Origin: Candidatus Foliamicus sp.
GTDB taxonomy: Bacteria > Pseudomonadota > Gammaproteobacteria > Steroidobacterales > Foliamicaceae
NCBI GenBank assembly: GCA_965238055.1
Contig: OZ250178.1
Location: 2,649,184-2,713,183 of the forward strand
Length of the DNA: 64,000 nucleotides
Reading direction: 5' to 3'
The translations under genes were made by a program, and so were the position numbers. Shown here piece by piece: positions 35,900 through 46,575 of this stretch; positions within the stretch are counted from its first letter, which is position 1; each line of letters opens with the position of its first letter. Under the pieces are notes generated by a model, which saw only the letters and a list, made by a program, of their open reading frames with translations, was not told the DNA's origin and ran no database searches.

Positions 35900-38062
35900 C
35901 TACGCGCCGTTCCAACCGCAGTGCTGGGCGCCGACGATGGCCGCCCCTCTAACGGCGCTGGCGCCGCCGTACCTGCCCGGCGATATGATCGGAGGCTCGA
36001 CCCCGGACAGGAGATGTCCGGGCAGCACGCGAGGCAATCGCTCGTAAATTTCCGTGATGCCCGACAAGCCGCCGCCGATCACGATGATGCCAGGGTTGAT
36101 GTGCAGGACCATCGAAGCAAGGCAACTGGCCACGCAATCAATCCAGATATCGAAGGTCTCGGCGCAGGCTGACTCGCCTTTGCGCATGCCGCCGACGATA
36201 TCCACAACAGGCATTTCCGTTCCGTTCCGGTGCTTGTGGATACGTGACATCCCGGGGCCGGATACGTAACACTCTGCGCAACCGCTGGCGCCGCAGAGGC
36301 ACTCATACAGCGGCAGGTCGTGACGTTTGCGGACGCTTGCCGAGATCGGGATATGTCCCCATTCTCCGGCAATTCCATCCCGGCCGGCCTGCAATTGGCC
36401 GCTGATGCAGTAGCCGCCCACGGCGCCAGTGCCCAGGCTTGCGCCGATCATGCAATCGTGCTCCGCGGCGGCCCCGCCGTGCGCTTCGGACAACGCAAAT
36501 GCCCGCCCGTCGTTGATGATTGCAATCGGGCGATTCAATTCCCCGGCAAGGTCCGCCTTTGCATCCCGCCCCGTAAGGCAGGGCACGTTGACCGCGAACG
36601 ACTTGCCATGACGGTCAATAATGCCGGGCAAGCCGATGCCGACCGAGCCGTTGGCTTCAAACCGTTCATCCGCGTCGGCCACGAAGTCGCATATCGCCTT
36701 CAGAAACAGGTCGTAGTCGTCTGCAGGAGTCGGGGTTCGATGGGTGTGAAGGCGATTCAGTTTCGCGTCGAATACGCCGAATTCCATCTTCGTGCCGCCG
36801 ATATCCAGGCCATACAGCACTTCGGGTTCGCCCCGGCGTGACTTCTTGCCGGTCCGGTACGGGTAGATGGTGACGCCGCTTACCACCCGGTTAACCTCGC
36901 CCGTCGGGCACGGCGAATCAGCCTCCACGCCCAGCGCCATCGCCTTGTGGAACGCCAGCATCTGGCAATAGACGAGGTAGACCAGCGACAGCCAGGCGTC
37001 GTTCAGCTTAGGTGTCTCCCGGTCGCCGGGAGGCGCCTCCTTGCCCACCCTGGCCGGGCTTAGTTCGATAATGGCCGCAGATGCATCGTCTGCCTGCAAC
37101 TCCGCCAGCAGGTCCTGGTCATAGAGCCTGCTATGCGGGTCACCGGAACGCATCAAAACGACCAAGGTCGAATCATCGATGATGATCTTTGGCCCGTGCC
37201 GGAAGCCCAGCGGCGAATCGTGAATCGCCACCACCTTGCCCGCCGTCAACTCCAGGCATTTCAGCGCCGCTTCGCGGGCGGTCCCCAGCAGGCAACCGGC
37301 GCCCAGTATGGCAATACGGCGAAAACCGCATTGGGCGATGTTGGCGATGTCGGCGTTGCCGTTGACGAGCAATTGCCCGGCCCACTCGGCGGCTTCTTCA
37401 AGCTGCGCCCGGTCTGGCGTGAACAGGGCCAGGCACGACACCAGCATGGCCGTGTAGCTGCTGGTCATGGCGAAACTGCGATCGTTGGTTTCCGCCGGCA
37501 TCATCAGGCACAGCGCGTCATCGCGCCCTTTGGCTTCGCGGGCCAGGCGGCCTGCACGGTTGCAGGTCAGTATCAGGTGATGGCAGTCGGAGAGGAGCTC
37601 ATCGGCAAGCTCGACGCAAGCGACGCTCTCGGGACTATCGCCCGAGCGGGCGAACGAGACCATCAAGGTCGGAACGTCGTCTTTGAGAAATTGCGCCGGA
37701 TCGCTTGCCAGGTCTGTTGTGTGAACCGCTGCGATGCTCACGACCGTGTAGTTCATCGGATGCTTGCGTAACCATGCCGCAAGCGTTTCACCGATAAAGG
37801 CCGACGATCCGGCGCCGCACAGAAGGACTCGCAGTTGCGGTTTGGCGAGTACCGGCGTCAGCCAGGCGTCAATGGCTGGCCGCGATTCTTCTATGCGGGC
37901 ATAGGCCTTGCGCCAGGCCCGCGGCTGCTGGCAGATCTCGCGCGCGGTCCAAAGGCTGTTCCTGCGCTTTAAGGCCTCGCCATCCATGTCCAGATGCCGA
38001 TCCAGGTCCTGCATCCGTTTCCGTACGCGGCCGGGAGCAATGTCGTGCGGCTCGATTTCCAT
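35900..38062 (-). CDS. agaS: AgaS (SIS-domain galactosamine-6-P deaminase/isomerase) fused to a ROK-family sugar kinase
   Basis: N-half: TAREICQQP, GAGSSAF, SFARSGDSPES, FAMTSS, GFRHGPK, CPTGEVNRVV. C-half: YGLDIGGTK, NDGRAFALSE, GEWGH, C.CG..GC.E. The ATG 38062 overlaps the agaZ stop. Confidence 0.85.
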   Translation of the reverse strand: MEIEPHDIAPGRVRKRMQDLDRHLDMDGEALKRRNSLWTAREICQQPRAWRKAYARIEESRPAIDAWLTPVLAKPQLRVLLCGAGSSAFIGETLAAWLRKHPMNYTVVSIAAVHTTDLASDPAQFLKDDVPTLMVSFARSGDSPESVACVELADELLSDCHHLILTCNRAGRLAREAKGRDDALCLMMPAETNDRSFAMTSSYTAMLVSCLALFTPDRAQLEEAAEWAGQLLVNGNADIANIAQCGFRRIAILGAGCLLGTAREAALKCLELTAGKVVAIHDSPLGFRHGPKIIIDDSTLVVLMRSGDPHSRLYDQDLLAELQADDASAAIIELSPARVGKEAPPGDRETPKLNDAWLSLVYLVYCQMLAFHKAMALGVEADSPCPTGEVNRVVSGVTIYPYRTGKKSRRGEPEVLYGLDIGGTKMEFGVFDAKLNRLHTHRTPTPADDYDLFLKAICDFVADADERFEANGSVGIGLPGIIDRHGKSFAVNVPCLTGRDAKADLAGELNRPIAIINDGRAFALSEAHGGAAAEHDCMIGASLGTGAVGGYCISGQLQAGRDGIAGEWGHIPISASVRKRHDLPLYECLCGASGCAECYVSGPGMSRIHKHRNGTEMPVVDIVGGMRKGESACAETFDIWIDCVASCLASMVLHINPGIIVIGGGLSGITEIYERLPRVLPGHLLSGVEPPIISPGRYGGASAVRGAAIVGAQHCGWNGA

Positions 38063-39363
38063 CAAGTAATGTTCCTGCATGCCCTGGAATACGCGGAGGT
38101 CACACGAAGTATGTTGTGAATGACCAGTTCGCGCGGCTTCGCCGCGAGATGTCCTGCGCTTACGGCATTGTATTGATCGGGTAAGTGCCGGCTAAGCAAG
38201 GCCGGGGGAATTTCGATATCGGAAAGGTTGGAAAACAGGCGTTCCACCGCCTCGGTAACCGCGGGATGGCTCCAGTAATAGCGAATCCGGTCGCTGTAAC
38301 TGTGTTGCCGGTACCAGGCTGCTTCAGGTTCCTCGGCGGGGTAGTGCCGGATCCAGTGCTCAGGGTCCGCCTGCATGACTTTCTCGCAGACTGACGGCAG
38401 TCCGGAGGCTGTATCGCCGCTGAGCAATTCATCCTCGATGGCGCTCAGCGCAAACAGGGCCTCGCGCAGGGCGAAGGTGAGCTGCGGTCCCACCTTGAGA
38501 ATCGCAAAATGATCACGAACCAGCGCGCGGCAGCACTCTTCCGGCTGGTAGTCGGTGGAATGCGCTTCAAAAACCATGCCCGGGAGGCTCTCGAGGGCGG
38601 CGCTCAGCCCTTCGGCGTGACGCGGCTCATAGGGATGGACCGAGTCGTGATCGAACTCCACGCCGGGTTGTACGACCAGCCCGATGACGCGTGGCCACAC
38701 GGCGGCCAGTCCCCGGGCGGCAAAAGCCATCTTGTGTATTGCCGCGGTCCGCACGGCATTCTCCGGGCAGGTAATCTCAAGGCGATGGATAGACTCCCGT
38801 GCACCTCCCGGCGTCGGCACTTCCGTGCCGACCACGTAGACCGGACGGGCCCCGTCAGCACGCTGCCCTGCGGCTTCCTCGGCTGCCTCACAGAGTTGCG
38901 CCGCGCGCATCGCCACGATTTCTTCGCCCAGCGGTTGGGAGTCGTCGGCGCACGGCATGCTGGTGTCCAGATGCAGCTTCAGAAACCCTGCTTCGACGTA
39001 AGCTTCGATCAACTCGCGCGCCATGGCCATCGCCTGTTCCGCGGGTTCGCCGGTCCAGCAGACCGGGCCCAGGTGATCGCCTCCCAACACGATGCTGTCA
39101 ACGGGCAGGCCTGCACGCTCTGCGATCGCGGCCACGTAAGCCGGAAAGTCCGAAGGTTGCAGGCCCGTATAGCCGCCGAACTGGTTGACCTGGTTGGCGG
39201 TCGCCTCCAACAGCAGCGGGACCTTGTCCTTTTTCGCCTGCCGCATGGCTGCTTCCAGCGCCAGCGGGTGAGCGGTGCAAACGGAATACACGCCCAGGGC
39301 GTTGCCGCTTCGGTTGCGGCGCAACACCTTGAGAACCTGGTTCAGCGCCTTGCCGCAGGTCAT
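38062..39363 (-). CDS. agaZ: AgaZ/KbaZ/GatZ-family tagatose-6-phosphate epimerase (aldolase chaperone)
   Basis: GVYSVCTAHP, EATANQVNQFGGYTG, GGDHLGP, FEAHSTDYQ, YSDRIRYYW; ATG 39363 overlaps the permease stop. Confidence 0.9.
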   Translation of the reverse strand: MTCGKALNQVLKVLRRNRSGNALGVYSVCTAHPLALEAAMRQAKKDKVPLLLEATANQVNQFGGYTGLQPSDFPAYVAAIAERAGLPVDSIVLGGDHLGPVCWTGEPAEQAMAMARELIEAYVEAGFLKLHLDTSMPCADDSQPLGEEIVAMRAAQLCEAAEEAAGQRADGARPVYVVGTEVPTPGGARESIHRLEITCPENAVRTAAIHKMAFAARGLAAVWPRVIGLVVQPGVEFDHDSVHPYEPRHAEGLSAALESLPGMVFEAHSTDYQPEECCRALVRDHFAILKVGPQLTFALREALFALSAIEDELLSGDTASGLPSVCEKVMQADPEHWIRHYPAEEPEAAWYRQHSYSDRIRYYWSHPAVTEAVERLFSNLSDIEIPPALLSRHLPDQYNAVSAGHLAAKPRELVIHNILRVTSAYSRACRNIT

Positions 39364-40745
39364 GCGTCCGCCTTGGTTCTTATCGGTTTGCGGGGCCACC
39401 GCGCGAGTTTATTCCCATTGAGCGCGTAGAGAAGGATGACGAGGTAGCAGGGCAGCATCACCCAGTAGCCTGTACGTGGATCCGGTGATGCATCGGCCAG
39501 CGCGCCGAATGCCACGGGTATGATCGCGCCGCCCGCGATCGCCATGATCAGCAACGCCGAGCCCGTTTCAGTCTCGCTCCTGTTCAGTCCGCGCAGTGCC
39601 ATGGGCCAGACTGCAGGCCAAACCAGCGCGTTGGCCAAACCAAAAAGGGCGACGAAAAGCACGGCATTCGGAATTATCGGCAAACCGGTCCATCCCAACG
39701 CCACTGTCCAGATGCGATCGGATTCCAGGCCGCCGGCAAGCACCAGCAAGGACATCAGTATTCCGAATACGGCCGAAAGCGCCAGCGCCCTCTCCTGGCT
39801 GATCCAGCGGGGAATCAGGATCACGCCCAGCAGGTAGCCGAGCATCATGAAGGCCATCGTGTAGGCAGTGAGTTGGCCGAAATTCGTTACGCCCAGTTCG
39901 CGGCCGAACAGGCCGATGGTGTCGCCGGCCACGACTTCCGCACCCATGTAGAAGAAGATGGCGATGACCCCGAGCACCAGGTTGGGATGCCGCAGTACGC
40001 TGCGGCCCGACCCGCTTTTTTCTCCATCCGGGAAATCGGGGTCGGGAAGGGGTGACAGCCGGATGTAGACGGCCAGCAGCACCAGGAGTCCCGCGAGAAC
40101 CAGGTACGGCTCGATCAGCCGCGATGACAATTCGTTCAACTGCAGCAGTTTCTCCGCTGCAGGCAGGGCGCCCAGGCGTTCCTCGGTGAAATTGGACACG
40201 TCCGCCAGGAACAGGGCAGTGAAAACGAGCGGCGCTATGATCCCGGCGCCCTTGTTGAGCAGCCCCATGATGCTGATACGAACCGCCGCGGTTTTTTCCG
40301 GACCTATCCGGACGATGTAAGGGTTGGCGGCCGTCTGGAGGATCGCAAGGCCGGTCCCCATGACGAAAAGACCGCCCAGGAATACGCCGTAGGTCCGCAG
40401 CATCGAGGCCGGGATGAAGATCAGGGCGCCGGCGGCCATGAGCACAAGGCCCAGCGCCAGCCCGTTCTTGTAGCCGGTGCGATGCAGGACCAGGGACATG
40501 GGCAGGGCCATGACGGTATAGGCAATGTAGAAGGCCAGCGTGACGAAATAGGCCTCAAGGTGGGTCAGCTCGCAAGCGATCGTAAGAAACGGAATCAGGG
40601 CGCCGTTCAACCAGGTCACGAAGCCGAAGACGAAGAACAGGCCGCCGATGATCAGCACGCCGATGAGGTTGCTTTCGGGGACCTTCTTCACGAATTCTTC
40701 GGCTGATGTGCGGGGATCATTTTCTTTTTTTGCCTGCGTCCTCAA
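39360..40745 (-). CDS. GluP/FucP-family sugar MFS permease (probable GalNAc permease)
   Basis: FVFGFVTWLNGALIP, LQTAANPY, FFYMGAE, WPAVWP, MAIAGGA; start uncertain. Confidence 0.85.
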   Translation of the reverse strand: MRTQAKKENDPRTSAEEFVKKVPESNLIGVLIIGGLFFVFGFVTWLNGALIPFLTIACELTHLEAYFVTLAFYIAYTVMALPMSLVLHRTGYKNGLALGLVLMAAGALIFIPASMLRTYGVFLGGLFVMGTGLAILQTAANPYIVRIGPEKTAAVRISIMGLLNKGAGIIAPLVFTALFLADVSNFTEERLGALPAAEKLLQLNELSSRLIEPYLVLAGLLVLLAVYIRLSPLPDPDFPDGEKSGSGRSVLRHPNLVLGVIAIFFYMGAEVVAGDTIGLFGRELGVTNFGQLTAYTMAFMMLGYLLGVILIPRWISQERALALSAVFGILMSLLVLAGGLESDRIWTVALGWTGLPIIPNAVLFVALFGLANALVWPAVWPMALRGLNRSETETGSALLIMAIAGGAIIPVAFGALADASPDPRTGYWVMLPCYLVILLYALNGNKLARWPRKPIRTKADA

Positions 40746-40868
40746 CCCGAAAACCAGGCTGTGCCCGTGATACGAGCAAGGATTCGCCGTGGCGGGCTAT
40801 CCGAGTCACCCCGCACGGGGGTTGAGCTGACGCATCGGGGCTCTTCGGATCTCCCGCTCACGGCGAAC

Positions 40869-40912
40869 CGAAAGATTAAAACAGAGTCGTTACTTTTGCA
40901 AGGTTGCGAAAG
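40869..40912. promoter_or_regulatory. Candidate AgaR boxes (CTTTCG on the minus strand, twice)
   Basis: CGAAAG at 40869 and 40907 in an AT-rich stretch between agaR and the permease. Confidence 0.3.
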
Positions 40913-40964
40913 AAAATAATTTGCAATCGATAGAAGGATTGTTTGTGTGCCGGACTTGCGGCTG

Positions 40965-41744
40965 CTAGGGAGTGTCGTCGACGATGCGTACGTCCACTCC
41001 TTCCTCGCCAAGCAACTGGATCATGTCACCCGGGATACCGGCGTCGGTCACCAGGATGTCCACCTCCGCCAGGCCGCAGATGATGTGCGGGCAGCGCTTG
41101 TCGAACTTGGAGGAGTCCGCAACCAGGATGATCTCGCTGGCCATTGAGCAAAGCACCCGATTGAGGCTGGCCTCCTGGCCGAAGTGGGTGGTGACGCCGA
41201 TCTTTGCATCAATGCCGTCGGCGCCAAGAACAAGGTTGTCAAAGTGCATGTGGCGCAAGCTCTCCTCGGCGTGTTTGCCGTAAAAGGACATCGATTTCTT
41301 GCGCAGCATGCCGCCCGTTGACAGGACCTCGATCCCTTCGGCGCGGGCCAGCGCCGTGGCGACGTTGAGGCCATTCGTCAGGATCGTTAGGTTGGAATGG
41401 TCCATCAGGCTCAAGGCCACTTCTTCTGCAGTTGTGCCGGAATCGAGGGCGATTGTTTGCGCACCGGAGCCGATGAGTCCTGCGACGGTCCGGCCCAGCC
41501 TCCGTTTGACCGCCAGATTGTCCTGGTATTTTTGGTGCACCGACAATTCGCGGGTCAGTCGTGTGCTGGCAACGGCGCCGCCCCGTGAACGCACGAGCAA
41601 TCCCTTGCTGCTCAGAGCGTTCAGATCATTTCGTATGGTGACCTGCGATACATTGAGCTTCCTGGCAAGGTCTTCCACGCCGACCTTTCCGTTGGATTCG
41701 GTTTGACGCACAATTTCCGATCGCCTTTCGATGAGGCTCAACAT
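40965..41744 (-). CDS. agaR: DeoR-family regulator AgaR
   Basis: ERRSEI..VSQVTIRNDL..RSRGGA; LDSGTT; adjacent to the aga genes. Confidence 0.9.
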   Translation of the reverse strand: MLSLIERRSEIVRQTESNGKVGVEDLARKLNVSQVTIRNDLNALSSKGLLVRSRGGAVASTRLTRELSVHQKYQDNLAVKRRLGRTVAGLIGSGAQTIALDSGTTAEEVALSLMDHSNLTILTNGLNVATALARAEGIEVLSTGGMLRKKSMSFYGKHAEESLRHMHFDNLVLGADGIDAKIGVTTHFGQEASLNRVLCSMASEIILVADSSKFDKRCPHIICGLAEVDILVTDAGIPGDMIQLLGEEGVDVRIVDDTP

Positions 41745-41960
41745 GATTTTCCCCCACAGTCCCCCAACTTTGTGCAGGCATCGTAATCACAATTCCCGGT
41801 TTTCACAACCGGCGGGCCAGTATCAGGTTTCTGCTACCGCCTGGGGATTGCAGACTTGGAAGTCCCAAAATCGTATTCCGCGGGTTACGATAGCGCCCGG
41901 AGCCGGCCTTTCAGGCTGTGCCGCCGATTCGTAGACCAGCCTTGCGGGTTATCCGAACCG

Positions 41961-42527
41961 ATGCAGATTAGAGGGGAGCAACATCTGGACCACCCGCGGG
42001 AGGCGGTTTGGGAGGCGCTGATCGATCCACAAGTACTGGCTGCTTGCGTACCCGGCTGCAAGTCCTTCGACCAGGTCAGTGACAATCATTACCGCGCCTT
42101 GATGCAGGCCGATATCGGCCCTGTCAGCGCCAGTTTCGCCGTGGAGATTCGCATCAAGGATCCCGATCCGCCGCGGTCCTACTGCCTGGAAGGCAGCGCC
42201 AAGGCGCCGGTGGGTTTCGGCCGCGGGCAGGCGGACGTGCTGCTGGAGGAAGACGGGCAGGGCGCTACGAAGCTCAGCTACGTAGCGAAGTTGCAGCTCG
42301 GGGGCAAGCTGGCGCAAGTCGGATCGCGCCTGCTGTCCGGCATTACGCGCAAGATTGCCGCTAACTTCTTTGAGCGTTTTGCGCAGGTGCTGGAAGGAAA
42401 ACGGCCTGCCGGCGCTCCTGCCGATGGTGCGCTGGGGCAACTTCTTGCCAACCGGGTGGTGCGCTGGGCAGCGATTGCCGTCCTCCTGCTGGCTGCAGTC
42501 GTCGCTTACTTCATGCTCGCGCCCTGA
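41961..42527 (+). CDS. coxG: CoxG / SRPBCC protein with C-terminal membrane anchor
   Basis: VWEALIDP.VL..CVPGC, IGPV.A.F, GGKLAQVGSRL; TM tail. Confidence 0.85.
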   Translation: MQIRGEQHLDHPREAVWEALIDPQVLAACVPGCKSFDQVSDNHYRALMQADIGPVSASFAVEIRIKDPDPPRSYCLEGSAKAPVGFGRGQADVLLEEDGQGATKLSYVAKLQLGGKLAQVGSRLLSGITRKIAANFFERFAQVLEGKRPAGAPADGALGQLLANRVVRWAAIAVLLLAAVVAYFMLAP

Positions 42528-42529
42528 CA

Positions 42530-42613
42530 CCCCCGGGAATGCTCGCGTCCCGCCCTCCCCCTGGGAATGAGGGCGTCCCGCCCTCCCCCTGGGAATGAGG
42601 GCGTCCCGCCCTC
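42530..42613. repeat. REP-like cluster (3 copies)
   Basis: GGGAATGAGGGCGTCCCGCCCTC variants. Confidence 0.85.
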
Positions 42614-42686
42614 GATTCAGAGCGATATTTCCTACTTTTGCAAAGACAGTGACGCTCTCACTACCGCTAAGGCGGTATTATCCCAA

Positions 42687-42738
42687 CTAGTGTGGTGGCT
42701 CGCTCTGAAATAAACTTATTCGCGGGACACCACACCGG
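42687..42738. mobile_element. Miniature copy of the CTAG/TGT(C/G)GTG inverted-end family
   Basis: CTAG-TGTGGTG...TTATTCGCGGGACACCACA; the right end is 17/19 identical to 50357-50375. Confidence 0.5.
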
Positions 42739-42788
42739 GGGCCGGCACAAGCCGGCGGCAACAAGAATCCAAAATATGGAGGGCGGGA

Positions 42789-43264
<476 letters not shown>

Positions 43265-43268
<4 letters not shown>

Positions 43269-45661
43269 GCAGCGACATGGGTATCGGCGTATCGGCGCCA
43301 CGCACTGAAGACCGCCGTTTCGTTACCGGCCGTGGCCGGTATGTGGACGACATCAACGTGCGATCGCAGCAGTACGCGTGGTTCGTGCGTTCACCGCACC
43401 CGCATGCCGAGGTCCGAGGCATCGACGCCGAGGAGGCGCTGAAGATGCCGGGTGTTACCGCCGTTCTGACCGGTGCGGATCTTCAAGACGACGGTGTGGG
43501 ACCGCTGCCGGTGGTCTGGGAAATCACCAGCAAGGACGGCTCGCCTGCCGTTGAGCCCGAATTTCCGGCGTTGGCCACCGACCGGGTGCGCTACGTCGGC
43601 AATCCGGTTGCCGTGGTGGTCGCTGAGACGCGAGCCGGGGCCCGTGACGCCGCCGAGATGGTGAACGTCCAGTACGAAGAACTGGAATCGGTCTCCGGCG
43701 CCGCCGCGGCGCTGGAGGAGGACGCCCCGCAGATACATGACGGCGCACCCGGCAATCTTTGCTTCAATTGGGAGTGGCTGCCGGCTGCGATGGCGCCGGA
43801 TGCGAAAGCCAATACCGACAAGGCCTTCCAGGAGGCCGCGCATGTGGTGTCATTGGAACTGGTCAATAACCGCCTGATCCCCAACGCGATGGAGCCGCGG
43901 GCCAGTCTTGCGGATTTCAACCCGGGCACGGGACGACTGACCCTGTACACCACCAGTCAGAACCCGCACGTGAACCGGTTGCTGTTATGCACCGCCACGC
44001 TCAAGATGTCCGAACACAAGGTGCGGGTGGTGGCGCCGGACGTCGGCGGCGGTTTCGGGTCGAAGATCTATCACTACGCCGAGGAACTGGTTTGTTGCTG
44101 GGCTTCCCGCCGGCTGGCGGTTCCGGTGAAATGGACCGCCGAACGCAGCGAGTCGTTTCTGGGCGACGCCCAGGCGCGGGACCACCTGACGCGGGTGGAA
44201 CTCGCGCTGGACGCCGACGGCCGGTTTACCGGCCTGAGGGTGGAAACCATCGCCAACCTGGGCGGTTGGCTTTCGGCCTTCGGCCCGGCGATTCCCACGG
44301 TGTTTTATGCGCCGCTGTTGGCCGGGGTCTACAAGACACCGAATATCCACGCGACCGTCAAGGGCGTTTTCACCAACACCACGCCGGTGGACGCTTACCG
44401 GGGCGCCGGCCGCCCCGAGGCCTGCTACGCCGTCGAGCGCATCGTGGATGAGGCCGCGGTGCAGCTCAATATGGACCCTGCGGAACTGCGGCGCATCAAC
44501 TTCATCCCAGCGGACGAGTTTCCCTACCAGTCGCCGGTTGGCCAGCTCTACGACTCGGGCGATTTCGAGGGATGTCTCGACCTCGCCAAGAAACTCAACG
44601 CCTACGAGGAGTTTGGCGAACGCCGCAAGCAGAGCGAGGCCCGGGGCCGGCTGCGCGGGCGGGGCATGTGTTTCTACATCGAGGCCTGTGGCGCGGCGCC
44701 TTCGCAAGCAGCGGGTCAACTGGGCGCGCGCGCCGGTTTGTATGAAGTCGCGACCGTGCGGGTCAATCCGACCGGCAGCGTGCAGGTCCTGACCGGATCA
44801 CACAGTCACGGCCAGAGCCATGAAACGACCTTCGCCCAGATCGTCGCCGACCGGCTGGGGGTGGATTTCCATAACGTGGAAGTCGTGCACGGCGATACCG
44901 GCGAGATCCCGTTTGGAATGGGAACCTTCGGTTCACGTTCGCTGGCGGTGGGTGGAACCGCGCTTTACAAGGCGCTGGACAAGGTAGAGCAAAAGAGCCG
45001 CAAGATCGCGGCGCATCTGCTGGAGGCGGACGCCGAGGACATCGAGTTTGCCGACGGGCAGTTCCGGGTGGCCGGAACGGACCGTGCGGTTTCCTTCGGT
45101 GATGTCGCGCTGGCGGCTTATGTTCCGCATAACTACCCGCTACAGGAACTGGAACCGGGACTGGAGGAGACCGCGTTCTTCGATCCGGAGAACTTCACCT
45201 TCCCGTCCGGCTGCTATATCTGCGAGGTGGAAGTGGATCCGGAAACAGGCGTCGTCGATTTGCGCGATTTTGTGGCCGCCGACGACTTCGGCAACATCAT
45301 CAACCCGATGGTGGTGGAAGGCCAGGTCCACGGCGGCCTGGCGCAAGGTATCGGCCAGGCCCTGATGGAGCATTGCCTATATACGCCGGAAGGTCAGTTG
45401 CTCACCGGGTCGTATATGGACTATTGCATGCCGCGAGCCGACGACTTGCCGTCTTTCGTGGTGTCCACGCGCTGCACGCCCACGCCGTTCAACCCCCTGG
45501 GGGTGAAGGGTTGCGGGGAGGCCGGTGCGATCGGGGCGCCGCCGGCGGTGGTCAACGCCGTTCTGGATGCGTTACGGCCGCTGGGCGTTAGCCATATCGA
45601 CATGCCGGTTACGCCCCAAAACGTCTGGCAGGCCATTCAGGCCGCGAAGTCGGGCGAATAA
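43265..45661 (+). CDS. coxL: Form II CoxL-like / xanthine dehydrogenase-family molybdopterin subunit
   Basis: DVGGGFGSK, active-site loop [33 protein letters not shown]. Confidence 0.9.
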
Positions 45662-45674
45662 AGGAGGATTGCTA

Positions 45675-46472
45675 ATGCGTGAATTCAACTATTACCGCGC
45701 CGGATCGGTGCGAGACGCCGCCAAACGGCTTTCCTCGGGCGGCAATGCCTTGTTGCTGGCCGGTGGAATGACGCTGTTGCCGGCGCTCAAGATGCGGCTG
45801 AACGAGCCGTCAGAGCTGATTGACCTGGCCGATATCGGCGAGTTGAAGGGAGTCAAGCTGAGCCGGAAGGGAGCACACGTGGGCGCCACGACCACCCATG
45901 CGGAAGTCGCGAGCAACGTGGAATTGAGAGCTGCCGTTCCGGTGCTGCCGGACGCCGCCGAATCCATCGGCGATCCCCAGGTGCGCAACCGGGGAACGAT
46001 GGGCGGTTCGCTGGCCAACAATGACCCGGCCGCCGATTACCCGGCGGTGACGCTGGCGCTGGGCGCCACCGTGTTCACCAACAAGCGCAAGATCGCGGCC
46101 GACGATTTCTTCACCGGGATGTTCGAGACAGCGCTGGGCCGAGGCGAGGTGGTGACACAGGTCCTGTTCCCGATACCGCAACGGGCCGGCTATGCGAAGT
46201 TCCCCAATCCCGCTACCCGCTACGCGCTGGTCGGCGTTTGCGTGGCGCAATTCAAGTCGGGTGTTCGGGTTGCCGTGACCGGGGCGGGACCGTCCGTTTA
46301 TCGACTTGGGGAGTTCGAGGCCGCACTGGCGGAGGACTTCTCGCCTGCCGCCCTGGACGGATTGTCGGTCTCTGCCGCCAACCTCAACGACGACATGCAT
46401 GCCGGCGCGGAATATCGCGCCCACCTGGTGGGTGTAATGGCCCGCCGCGCCGTTGCAACGGCGCTCGACTGA
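45675..46472 (+). CDS. coxM: CoxM-like FAD subunit
   Basis: AAGGAGG RBS; LAGGMTL, QVRNRGTMGGS.ANNDPAAD. Confidence 0.9.
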   Translation: MREFNYYRAGSVRDAAKRLSSGGNALLLAGGMTLLPALKMRLNEPSELIDLADIGELKGVKLSRKGAHVGATTTHAEVASNVELRAAVPVLPDAAESIGDPQVRNRGTMGGSLANNDPAADYPAVTLALGATVFTNKRKIAADDFFTGMFETALGRGEVVTQVLFPIPQRAGYAKFPNPATRYALVGVCVAQFKSGVRVAVTGAGPSVYRLGEFEAALAEDFSPAALDGLSVSAANLNDDMHAGAEYRAHLVGVMARRAVATALD

Positions 46473-46558
46473 CCTGGGAACGAGGGCGTCCCCGCCCTGG
46501 ACCGAGGGCGTCCCCGCCCTCGCATAGGTACAAACGTGGGGACGCCCTCGTTCCCAGG
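46473..46558. repeat. REP-like cluster (3 copies, one inverted)
   Basis: GGGAACGAGGGCGTCCCCGCCCT ... GGGACGCCCTCGTTCCCAGG. Confidence 0.85.
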
Positions 46559-46575
46559 ACAAGAGCTAATTAATC

